Below are positions 51,498 to 60,596 of a stretch of DNA of 64,000 nt, piece after piece; the stretch's first letter is position 1, and every line of letters starts with the position of its first letter. Under the pieces are notes generated by a model. That model was not told the origin of the DNA. It did not search any database and saw only the letters and a list, made by a program, of their open reading frames with translations. The DNA is from Bacteroidia bacterium (GTDB lineage Bacteria; Bacteroidota; Bacteroidia; NS11-12g; UBA9320). The stretch lies in contig CBDCFW010000005.1 in assembly GCA_965216465.1 (NCBI GenBank), positions 96,001-160,000 of the forward strand. The letters are read 5' to 3'. The translations under genes were made by a program, and so were the position numbers.

Positions 51498-53119
51498 ACG
51501 GAATAGTAAACATCCCAACACCAAAAAATGAACCAGTAAGACCTTATGCTCCAAATACTGGTGAAACACAAAGTTTAAAGAACAAAATTCAAGAACTTCG
51601 TGATGCTAGTACTGACATTCCAATGTACATTGGAGGGAAGGAAGTATTTACATCAGAAAAAGTTGAAATGCACCCACCACATGACACTAAGCATGTATTG
51701 GGAACTTATAATAAAGGAACTGCTGAACACGTAGAACAAGCTATCGAATCTGCTCTTGCAGCAAAAGAGGCTTGGGCGAACACTCCATGGGAAAGTAGAG
51801 CTGCCATATTTCTTAAGGCTGCAGAATTGCTCGCTGGTCCTTATCGCGATAAAATGAATGCTGCAACAATGCTTGCTCAATCAAAAAATGCAATGCAAGC
51901 TGAAATTGATGCTGCATGCGAAATGATTGACTTTTTTAGATTTAATGTTCAATACATGAGCGAAATCTATGCAGAGCAACCACCTGAAAATTCACCAGGA
52001 GTATGGAATCAGCTTGAGTACAGACCGCTTGAAGGCTTTGTATTCGCTTTATCTCCATTTAACTTCACGAGTATTGCTGCCAACTTGTGTGCTAGTCCCG
52101 CAATGATGGGTAATACCGTTGTTTGGAAACCTGCAGAAACTCAGATCTACAGTGCTCAGGTTATTATGGAGCTTTACAAAGAGGCTGGATTACCTGATGG
52201 TGTAATCAACATTGTTTATGTTGATGGTCCAACAACTGGAGATGTAATTTTCAACCACAAAGACTTTGCAGGTATTCACTTTACAGGAAGTACCGGAGTT
52301 TTCAGACACATCTGGAAAACAATTGGAAACAATATCGAGAAGTACAGAAGCTACCCAAGAATAGTTGGAGAAACAGGAGGTAAAGACTTCGTGATGGTTC
52401 ACAATAGTGCAGATGTTGATGTAATCAATACCGCATTAGTTCGTGGAGCTTTTGAATTCCAAGGACAAAAATGTTCTGCTGCATCACGTGCCTACATCCC
52501 AGCAAGCATGTGGAAGGAACTTAAGCCAAAGTTGGTTGAAACTACCAACAACTTAAAGATGGGTCAACCTGAAGATTTCAGCAACTTTATTAATGCAGTT
52601 ATCGACAGAAGAGCATACGATAAAATTACCAATTACATCAAAACAGCTCATAATGATGCAGATGTAAATGTTATTGCAGGTGGAGAATTCAGCGATAGTG
52701 AAGGATACTTTATTAGACCTACTATTCTTGAAGCAAACGATCCAAAGTACACCACCATGTGTGAAGAGATTTTCGGGCCTGTTTTAACTGTTTATGTGTA
52801 TGAAGATGACAAGTACGAAGAAACTCTTGCTATGGTTGATTCAACCTCTGAATATGCGTTAACAGGAGCGATTTTTGCTAAAGGCAGAAACGAAATCAAC
52901 ATTGCATTAAATGCACTTCGCAACTCAGCAGGTAACTTCTATGTAAATGATAAACCAACGGGCGCTGTTGTTGGACAACAACCTTTTGGAGGTGCTAGAG
53001 GAAGTGGTACCAACGATAAAGCTGGAGCCAAAGCGAACTTAATGCGTTGGACTTCAATGCGCACAATTAAAGAAAATTTCGTACCTCCTACGAGCTACGA
53101 ATACCCGTTTCATAGTTAA
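51494..53119 (+). CDS. pruA: L-glutamate gamma-semialdehyde (P5C) dehydrogenase
   Basis: AEIDAACE, PFNFT, FTGST, GETGGKDF, FQGQKCSAASR, GGARGSGTNDKAG. Confidence 0.96.
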   Translation: MNGIVNIPTPKNEPVRPYAPNTGETQSLKNKIQELRDASTDIPMYIGGKEVFTSEKVEMHPPHDTKHVLGTYNKGTAEHVEQAIESALAAKEAWANTPWESRAAIFLKAAELLAGPYRDKMNAATMLAQSKNAMQAEIDAACEMIDFFRFNVQYMSEIYAEQPPENSPGVWNQLEYRPLEGFVFALSPFNFTSIAANLCASPAMMGNTVVWKPAETQIYSAQVIMELYKEAGLPDGVINIVYVDGPTTGDVIFNHKDFAGIHFTGSTGVFRHIWKTIGNNIEKYRSYPRIVGETGGKDFVMVHNSADVDVINTALVRGAFEFQGQKCSAASRAYIPASMWKELKPKLVETTNNLKMGQPEDFSNFINAVIDRRAYDKITNYIKTAHNDADVNVIAGGEFSDSEGYFIRPTILEANDPKYTTMCEEIFGPVLTVYVYEDDKYEETLAMVDSTSEYALTGAIFAKGRNEINIALNALRNSAGNFYVNDKPTGAVVGQQPFGGARGSGTNDKAGAKANLMRWTSMRTIKENFVPPTSYEYPFHS

Positions 53120-53185
53120 TCTCAATATGAGAAATACTCCTCATAATGGGAATTTTTGAGGATGAAACAGGAGAAATAACACACT

Positions 53186-53222
53186 AGAAGATCAGTCGTA
53201 AATGGCTGATCTTCTTTGTTTT
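53186..53222 (+). terminator. Intrinsic terminator downstream of pruA
   Basis: AGAAGATCAGTCG-TAAA-TGGCTGATCTTCT followed by a T-rich tail. Confidence 0.75.
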
Positions 53223-53252
53223 AGGAGTCGAACACCACCTCCTTTATTTCGG

Positions 53253-53267
53253 TGGCATAGCCTTTGC
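53253..53267 (+). promoter_or_regulatory. Putative sigma54 -24/-12 promoter of the gldL-like paralog
   Basis: TGGCATAGCCTTTGC (TGGCA-N6-TTGC, i.e. GG-N10-GC), 23 nt upstream of ATG 53291. Confidence 0.6.
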
Positions 53268-53290
53268 CAAATTCTTTATGTACAAACCTT

Positions 53291-53809
53291 ATGGAGAAAG
53301 ATAATCAGTTTAGTTATCTCAACTTCTTTTATGGGCTTGGAGCTACGGTGATTCTTATTGCGGCTATGTTCAAGTTCTTAGGATGGAGATATGCTAATTA
53401 CATTTTTGTCTTCGGCATCCTCGTGGAAGCCTTAGTCTTTCTTGTTTCAGCATTTGCTGGTAGCAAGAAGAAAGACAATTATGAGTGGGAGAAAGTCTTT
53501 CCTCAGCTCAAAAGCGACGATGAACTTCTTGACATCTCTTCTTCAATGGTTGAAGGTACACAGCAACAACAAATACAAAAGATCATTGAAACCATAGTTG
53601 TGCTTAACAACTCTGTTAATGAATTAAATGAGGCAACAAAAAAACTCACAAATTCAGTGTCTACTATGGAGAAGAACTATGAAAATATTACGGAGAGTAC
53701 ACAGAAGTATCAGCGTGAAATAGATAATTTAAGTTCAAAAATTGCTCATGCTAACGACAGTTTAAGTGAATTGGAAAACTTTAATTATCAAAGACAGAAG
53801 TTAGACTAA
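53291..53809 (+). CDS. GldL/PorL paralog
   Basis: YGLGATVILIAAMFKFLGW, VEALVFLVSAF, WEKVFPQL, then coiled coil. Confidence 0.85.
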   Translation: MEKDNQFSYLNFFYGLGATVILIAAMFKFLGWRYANYIFVFGILVEALVFLVSAFAGSKKKDNYEWEKVFPQLKSDDELLDISSSMVEGTQQQQIQKIIETIVVLNNSVNELNEATKKLTNSVSTMEKNYENITESTQKYQREIDNLSSKIAHANDSLSELENFNYQRQKLD

Positions 53810-53811
53810 TA

Positions 53812-55452
53812 ATGAAAAGTATAGGATCATTTTTCAATTCGAATGGAAGTTTAAGGCAAAAGGCCATAAACCTGTTTTATTTGATTTTTTTGATTTTGAT
53901 CTTTTCATTTATTCCTTCCGATTTTGTCGATTCGGCTCATCACTCGAATACCTCTCTTGATTTAATTACGCAGGATATAAATCAACTCAACAAAACAAGT
54001 ACTGACTTTTTCTTGCAGTTGCTCAAGGATGAGCCAATCTTATACGAACAAACCCACGACAAGTTTCAAGAAATTGAAGCAATAACGCGTATTACTACTC
54101 AGTTTATCGATGACCTTAAAATTCAACTTATAAACGTCGACAAAATTGATGATAATGGCTTTTTCAAAAACGGCAGAAGTGAATATACGAGCCAAGAGCT
54201 TATGATTCACGAAAACAAAGGAGACACCTTATTTAAAGTGCTTCGTGCGTTTAAGAACACCATGGTCGAGTATTTAAGTTCAAGCGATATTGATGAATTT
54301 AATGCCATTCTTCCGTTGCCAAAATATGAATTGACCAGCGATGGCAACTATATAAAGGCAAATGAATTCTATTTTGACAGAACTCCGCTTAACATTTCGA
54401 TTTTGAATTTAACCCATTTCAAAAGTCGAGTTGAGCGTGCACGCGTCTTTACCAATCAACGATTGATTAAGGCAACTATTGAAGAAAATGCAGCATTTCT
54501 GCCTTCTGAATTTGTGAATCTGTACTTGGAAAATGGAGCACACGCCACTTCTTCCGCTCCTAATTTTAACACAGAGCCACTACTTGAAACTGAAGAAGTT
54601 ACCCAAAATGAAACCAACGCTTTTTATGTTGAACTATTAAGTGACACAAGCGTATATCTCGGTCATCTGATAAGATATCAAATACACATCTCACCTTTGG
54701 CACAAAAACCTATCCAAATTACGGTTGACGGACCACAGGCTAGGGAAGTATTTACCATGAATACTTCTGGCAAGTTTTACTTCTATCCTTCTAAACTGGG
54801 AAGATATACCATCAATTTTATCGGCGAAGCGAAAACGTCAAAAAGAGAACATTCCGTTATCAAGAACATTACCCAAGTGCAAACAGGAAAGCTTACACCT
54901 CTCTACATAGGAATTGATAATCCTTTAGATATTTCTACACTTGATTTTGACAACCCAAATATCATATCTGCAGAAATTACGAGTGGTCAGGTTCTCAAAG
55001 TCGACAATAAGTTTGTTGCTAGGGTTCGTCAAAAAGGTATAACAACGCTAAAAGTATTTGCCAATATGTCTTACGGCAAGGTGAAAATCGCCGAACAAAC
55101 CTTTGTAGTTCGCGAATTAAATAACCCCATTCCGCTTATTAATGGAATTAAGAGTGGAGCAACTGTCGCGTACCGTAAACGAACTCAGCTACGAAAAATC
55201 TCACTTAAAACAGACGAGTACATGATTAAGTCGGGCGTGAATGTTATGCATTTTGAATTCTCAAGAATTCATAGCAATCACAGTGAAATTACATCACCAA
55301 TTGACAACAATGGAGCTACTTTTAATCAATCTGTATTAACTGAAATCCGAAAGGCCCAATCAGGAGACATGTTGTTGTTTTCGAACGTTACCATAAAACA
55401 AGAAAACCAAGCACCGGTAAACATCGGCTCAATAACCATAAAGGTGAATTAG
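53812..55452 (+). CDS. Divergent GldM/PorM paralog
   Basis: LRQKAINLFYLIFL TM segment; LYIGIDNP; FVVREL..P; GDMLLF C-terminal pattern as in GldM. Confidence 0.8.
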   Translation: MKSIGSFFNSNGSLRQKAINLFYLIFLILIFSFIPSDFVDSAHHSNTSLDLITQDINQLNKTSTDFFLQLLKDEPILYEQTHDKFQEIEAITRITTQFIDDLKIQLINVDKIDDNGFFKNGRSEYTSQELMIHENKGDTLFKVLRAFKNTMVEYLSSSDIDEFNAILPLPKYELTSDGNYIKANEFYFDRTPLNISILNLTHFKSRVERARVFTNQRLIKATIEENAAFLPSEFVNLYLENGAHATSSAPNFNTEPLLETEEVTQNETNAFYVELLSDTSVYLGHLIRYQIHISPLAQKPIQITVDGPQAREVFTMNTSGKFYFYPSKLGRYTINFIGEAKTSKREHSVIKNITQVQTGKLTPLYIGIDNPLDISTLDFDNPNIISAEITSGQVLKVDNKFVARVRQKGITTLKVFANMSYGKVKIAEQTFVVRELNNPIPLINGIKSGATVAYRKRTQLRKISLKTDEYMIKSGVNVMHFEFSRIHSNHSEITSPIDNNGATFNQSVLTEIRKAQSGDMLLFSNVTIKQENQAPVNIGSITIKVN

Positions 55453-55563
55453 TGCCTAACACACTTGAATCAAAACACGTCACTTTTATCTAATTATTCG
55501 ATCAAATTCAGAATTTCTGAACTAAAATTGCGTTAATCAATTGAACATTCAGAACGTCTACAG

Positions 55564-58191
55564 ATGAAAAAATACTTTTTAAGCTTCGCTATATTCATTG
55601 TACTTCTTCTTGCTTCAACCATATTCTTACCATACTTGTTTAAAGATCGGATTATTGAAGAAATTAAGAAACAAGCAACTGAAAGCTTAAAAGTTAATGT
55701 TGACTTTAACAGCAATATTTCAATCAATATATTCAAGTCCTTTCCTAACCTTAGCTTAGGTATTAAAGACATTTCTCTAACGTACGATAATAAGTTTTTG
55801 AACGACACATTATTGCACGTTGACAAAATGGAGCTATCTATTGACTTGATGGAGTTTTACCAACATCAAAATTATAGGCTACGTTCCATTTTGATGGAGG
55901 CCCCACAATTGCACCTTGAACTGTTAAATGATTCAACCTTTAATTGGGATTTGATGGAAAGTACAGAAGAAAATGGAGAGTCGATAGACCTTGAATTGGA
56001 AAAAATTCAGATTGTTAATGGTTCATTTTCATACCATGATGTCGCAGCAAACCTAAAATCTTCTTTCGATCAAATAGCACACCTTTCTAGCGGAAGTTAC
56101 AACACCGATAGTTTTTTACTCAATGCCTCAACAACTGTTGATCAAATTTATGTAGACTACGGAGGAATTAAGTATATCAATAATTGGTCGCTAGTTCAAG
56201 ATGGTCAAATCTACTTAGATCTGTTAGAAGACATTTACAGCTTTCGATCAAATGACCTTAAACTTAATGGCATCGACACCAAGCTTGATGGCTTTATTCA
56301 GCTTGTGGAGGAAAACATTCTGTTCAATCTAAAAAGTCAGTCAACTTCTCCGGATTTGAATCAATTCTTAACGTTAATTCCTGCTATTTACAAAAGCGAC
56401 TTTGAACATTTGAAAACTGAAGGAAGTGGAAGTTTAGCGGTTGAATACAAAGGACTCTATAGCGCAACAACTTATCCGAGCTATGATGTCGATTTAGCAA
56501 TAAACAAAGGATGGTTTAAGTATCCCGACATGGATCTGCCGGCGGAAGACATTGACTTACATGCCCGATTTTATAGCGAAGATGGAAATCCAGACAACAC
56601 GGTAATTGATATCTCGAAGTTTAATTTCAGCTTGGATGAGTCTCCTTTTACACTTCAACTTCTAGCCAAGAATTTAAACATCAATCCTTACATAGATTTA
56701 AAGTCTGCTGGGAATTTGAATCTCGAAACTTTGAATAAAATTATACCTTTTAAAGAAACTGTGCTGGGAGGAGATATTCAGAGCGACGTCAGCGTAAAAG
56801 GAAGTGTTGGAAATGCAGCGTTAGCCAACCTAAACACTTTAAAGGCTAAAGGAGTATTCAAAACCAATAACCTTATTTACAAGTCTGTAGATATGCCTGA
56901 AACGCTTGAGGTAAAAGAGGCGGATCTTGAAATTGACAATAACCTAGTAAACATTAAGACTTTAGATGCTAAACTTGGCAAAAATGACATCAAAATTGAT
57001 GGGAGACTCAACAATTTCTTAGCATATGCGATGAACTCTGGCACACTTTACGGTCGTTTAGGATTAAGCTCTAACTCACTTAACGTCAATGACTTCTTAA
57101 CGGAATCATCGTCAGAAGATTCTGTTCAAATGACGTTAATTGAAGTTCCAGGTGATCTTTCAGTCGATTTAACCACTGACATCAAAAATCTGGTTTACGA
57201 CGACCTACATTTCACGAATTTTAAAGGTAGTGCATCGGTTAATAATCGCACTTTGACCTTCGATCGAATAACTACAGATTTGTTAGGCGGCAATCTTAAC
57301 TTCAACGGAAAATATTTGTATGATGAAGTTAAACCTCATGCTGATTTTGAAATTGCTTTCACCCACATCAAGGTAGCCGATCTAGCTAATAAATTTAAAA
57401 TTATTCAAGCATTCGCTCCTTTAGCTAACGAAGTTAATGCTCAATCAACAGCTAAGCTTACATTTTCATCATTGTTGAAGTCTGATATGTCTCCAGACTT
57501 AACCGATGTATCTTTAGGCGGACTCATTAATTTGGAATCTATTAAGATTAATTCGTTAGATGTTTTAAAGTCTTTGGATTCCAAACTGGGTACGAATCAC
57601 TTTAATGTAGACTATCTAAACGACATGTTGTTGAAGTTCAACATCAATGACGGAAACCTATGGGTTGAACCTTTTAGCCTATTTATCGACAGTTCGATAC
57701 TTAACCTAAGTGGACTTTCTAAGCTTAATGGGAACATTAATTATGCCGGGATCTTAAGCATTCCAAGTGCTTATGTTTCAAATGAAGTATCTACAATAAA
57801 TGCATTAGTCAAAAACACAAAATTCGACCAATTGGAAGTAAAGCCAAATCAGTACTTAGATATTGCAGTGAAAATTGCTGGAACTGTTAAAGAGCCAAAC
57901 GTCGAACTCAACTTGCAAGCAATTAAAGACAACGTAAAACAATCGATTGCTTCAAGTGTTTCTGAAGAAGTAGAGAACAAAAAGAAAGAGGCTGAAGAAC
58001 TAGTAAAAACAGAGCTCGATAAGATTAAAGACGAGACAGCAAAAAAGGCTGAGGAAACTGAAAATCGTCTTAAGGAAGAAGCCGAAAAGAAGAAAAAAGA
58101 AGCTGAAGAAAAACTCAAAGCTGAGGCAGAAGCAGCTAAAAAGAAACTGGAAGACGAAGCCAAGAAAAAGTTAAGAAACTTAATTAAATGA
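55564..58191 (+). CDS. AsmA-family protein with K/E/A-rich coiled-coil tail
   Basis: N-terminal TM followed by PYLFKDRI and FKSFPNL; beta-rich body; IAGTVKEPNV; charged tail. Confidence 0.82.
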   Translation: MKKYFLSFAIFIVLLLASTIFLPYLFKDRIIEEIKKQATESLKVNVDFNSNISINIFKSFPNLSLGIKDISLTYDNKFLNDTLLHVDKMELSIDLMEFYQHQNYRLRSILMEAPQLHLELLNDSTFNWDLMESTEENGESIDLELEKIQIVNGSFSYHDVAANLKSSFDQIAHLSSGSYNTDSFLLNASTTVDQIYVDYGGIKYINNWSLVQDGQIYLDLLEDIYSFRSNDLKLNGIDTKLDGFIQLVEENILFNLKSQSTSPDLNQFLTLIPAIYKSDFEHLKTEGSGSLAVEYKGLYSATTYPSYDVDLAINKGWFKYPDMDLPAEDIDLHARFYSEDGNPDNTVIDISKFNFSLDESPFTLQLLAKNLNINPYIDLKSAGNLNLETLNKIIPFKETVLGGDIQSDVSVKGSVGNAALANLNTLKAKGVFKTNNLIYKSVDMPETLEVKEADLEIDNNLVNIKTLDAKLGKNDIKIDGRLNNFLAYAMNSGTLYGRLGLSSNSLNVNDFLTESSSEDSVQMTLIEVPGDLSVDLTTDIKNLVYDDLHFTNFKGSASVNNRTLTFDRITTDLLGGNLNFNGKYLYDEVKPHADFEIAFTHIKVADLANKFKIIQAFAPLANEVNAQSTAKLTFSSLLKSDMSPDLTDVSLGGLINLESIKINSLDVLKSLDSKLGTNHFNVDYLNDMLLKFNINDGNLWVEPFSLFIDSSILNLSGLSKLNGNINYAGILSIPSAYVSNEVSTINALVKNTKFDQLEVKPNQYLDIAVKIAGTVKEPNVELNLQAIKDNVKQSIASSVSEEVENKKKEAEELVKTELDKIKDETAKKAEETENRLKEEAEKKKKEAEEKLKAEAEAAKKKLEDEAKKKLRNLIK

Positions 58192-58682
58192 GATTAATCC
58201 CAATCATTACGCTAACCCTATTGGTGTTTGCGTGCACCAGCCCAAAGGAAGATAAGAGTACTCAAGAGACCGAGCCAATAAACAAAAGCCAAACATTTGA
58301 AACCAACGACACCCTTCACGTGATCGCTTCAGGTGATCTTATGAGTGACATTAAATTTAGCGTTGACACCATTATCGTTCAATCTGACAAATCGCTAACT
58401 ATTTCATTGGAGAATCAAAGTACGATGGAAGCTATGCCACATAATCTTGTAATCATAAAATCAGGCACTGCAAATGACGTAGGACAAGGTGGACTGAAGT
58501 TCAAAGACAATGGTTATGTTAATCCTGAAGACGCCAATGTTATTGCTCACTCGCCTTTGGCACAGATTGGTGAAACTGTATTGTTTTCATTCCATGCTCC
58601 AGCACCTGGGAATTATGAATTTATTTGTTCATTTCCGGGACATTGGGGCTTGATGAAAGGAGTTTTGATTGTAGCAGATTAG
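58188..58682 (+). CDS. Azurin/plastocyanin-family blue copper lipoprotein
   Basis: Lipobox VFAC; MPHNLVI and YEFICSFPGHWGLMKG type-1 Cu ligands (His, Cys, His, Met). Confidence 0.9.
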   Translation: MRLIPIITLTLLVFACTSPKEDKSTQETEPINKSQTFETNDTLHVIASGDLMSDIKFSVDTIIVQSDKSLTISLENQSTMEAMPHNLVIIKSGTANDVGQGGLKFKDNGYVNPEDANVIAHSPLAQIGETVLFSFHAPAPGNYEFICSFPGHWGLMKGVLIVAD

Positions 58683-60169
58683 AACGGCATATCGCTATCC
58701 GGCTCAAAAGGAGTCATATCGTTCATCTTACTTTCGAAAGTCACGCTGCTATCCTGGAAGGTATCCTGGCCATAGTCTGTGTATCCCCAGTCAGCGAACT
58801 TACCGAACTTGCTTACAAATTTTAGGTTTACTGTTCCTGTTGCACCATTACGATGCTTTCTGATGATAATCTCAGCCATACCCGTATTATCATTACCTTC
58901 TTCGTCTTGAGTAATTCCATAATACTCGGGTCTAAAAATAAAGGTTACAAGGTCGGCATCCTGCTCAATAGAACCTGACTCCCTCAAGTCAGACAGCAAT
59001 GGTCGTTTGTCTTGACGCTGTTCAACTGCTCTACTCAACTGTGCCAGTGCAATAACAGGAATATCCAGTTCTTTTGCTAACCCTTTTAGTGATCGCGAGA
59101 TATAACTAATTTCTTGCTCTCTGTTTCCAGCTGACTTGTTTCCTTCTTCAGCACGCATCAGTTGTAAATAATCGATGATGATTATATCAATATCGCGTTG
59201 CCTTTTTAGCCTTCTGGCTTTGGCTTTAAGATCAAGAACCGTTAAGGCTGGAGTATCATCAATAAAAATATCCGCCTCCTCAATGGTGCTAATCTTAGTA
59301 TGAAGTTGTTGCCATTCATGATCAGCTAGTTTACCCGTTCTAAGCTTGTCAGCATCTAACTCAGCTTCCGAAGATATCAATCTTTTAGTGAGTTGAAGGC
59401 TACTCATCTCTAGTGAAAACAAAGCAACCTTTTTGTTGGCCAATACGGCAGCATTTCTAGCCATAGAAAGTACAAATGCAGTTTTACCCATACCAGGACG
59501 AGCGGCGAGAATAATCAAATCACTTTTTTGCCAGCCGGCAGTCATTCGATCAAGTTCGCTAAATCCTGAAGGCACTCCCGTAAAACCTTCTACATCAGTT
59601 TTAAGTCCTTCAATTTCTTTAATTGCTTTTGAGATCAGATCACTCACTGAGTCGTAACTCTTAGTCATACTGTCATTTTTAATCTCAAATAGCTTTTTCT
59701 CTGATTCGTCGAGTAATTCAAAGGCATCTGAGGTCTCTTCAAAGGCCTTCTCTCCTATTTCTCCAGCTACAGAAATAAGCTGTCTTTGAATACTCTTTTG
59801 AATCACAATGTGAGCGTGATACTCGATATTGGCAGCACTGCTCACTCTGTTTGTAAGTTGAGTGATGTAATAAGGACCACCAACTTGCTCAAGGTTTCCT
59901 TCTTTTCTAAGTTTTTCGGTTACGGTTAAAATATCTATGGGATTACCTTCTGTAAAAAGTGCCAGAATGGCTTCATAGATCAGCTGATGGGCATCAACAT
60001 AAAATGCGTCTTTCTTTAGATAACTTGCGACTTTTTCAGGTGCATACTTTTCAAGCATTAAAGCACCTAAAACTGCTTCCTCGAGGTCTCTTGCCTGTGG
60101 CTGCAATTTTGACATATCCATACCTGCCATTTTCAATCCCTTCTTATTTGCCAATCGCTTATTATCCAT
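58679..60169 (-). CDS. dnaB: Replicative DNA helicase
   Basis: AARPGMGKT, FSLEMS, IDYLQLM, LSDLRESGSIEQDAD, KHRNG; no intein evident. Confidence 0.97.
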   Translation of the reverse strand: MDNKRLANKKGLKMAGMDMSKLQPQARDLEEAVLGALMLEKYAPEKVASYLKKDAFYVDAHQLIYEAILALFTEGNPIDILTVTEKLRKEGNLEQVGGPYYITQLTNRVSSAANIEYHAHIVIQKSIQRQLISVAGEIGEKAFEETSDAFELLDESEKKLFEIKNDSMTKSYDSVSDLISKAIKEIEGLKTDVEGFTGVPSGFSELDRMTAGWQKSDLIILAARPGMGKTAFVLSMARNAAVLANKKVALFSLEMSSLQLTKRLISSEAELDADKLRTGKLADHEWQQLHTKISTIEEADIFIDDTPALTVLDLKAKARRLKRQRDIDIIIIDYLQLMRAEEGNKSAGNREQEISYISRSLKGLAKELDIPVIALAQLSRAVEQRQDKRPLLSDLRESGSIEQDADLVTFIFRPEYYGITQDEEGNDNTGMAEIIIRKHRNGATGTVNLKFVSKFGKFADWGYTDYGQDTFQDSSVTFESKMNDMTPFEPDSDMPF

Positions 60170-60273
60170 TTAAATTTAGTCGAATCTCAGTTGATTAATT
60201 AATTATCCGTTTTGGTTGCTTCAAATTTACATTTTTGTGTATCTCGACAATCTCAAAAAGTGCCCAACCAATG

Positions 60274-60426
60274 TTATCCACACACCATTTCAAAATGTTT
60301 GTGAAACGTTGATAACCCCACGCGGGACTAGCTAAAATAGTGAATATCAAGGTCATCTTATTAACATGTTGCTAAGGTTATTAAAAGTGTTCCACTGTTT
60401 CACTGAACTCCAAGCACTTATGAACA
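60274..60426. promoter_or_regulatory. Cluster of DnaA-box-like 9-mers upstream of dnaB
   Basis: TTATCCACA at 60274; CGTTGATAA 60307; TTATTAACA 60358; TGTTGCTAA 60367; TTATGAACA 60418. Confidence 0.5.
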
Positions 60427-60566
60427 AGATTATAAAAGCCTAATTATGAATAGAATTAATTTTTTCAACTTCTTGCTTCTAATAAATCAATTTGGACAAT
60501 GTTTACTCTTTCTAAAATTTTAGTCATGTCATTCTTATAATTAACAAATGGTGTATACGACCATCA

Positions 60567-60584
60567 TTTTGGCGTTATATTTGT
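60567..60584 (+). promoter_or_regulatory. Putative sigma54-type promoter of clpC
   Basis: TTTTGGCGTTATATTTGT (GG-N10-GT), 12 nt upstream of the ATG. Confidence 0.45.
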
Positions 60585-60596
60585 TAGGTAAATAAT

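Noticed and set aside
57960-58191. K/E/A-rich low-complexity repeat and antisense ORF 57849-58163
   Set aside because: This is an ordinary coiled-coil tail of the AsmA-like protein, and the antisense ORF is its shadow.
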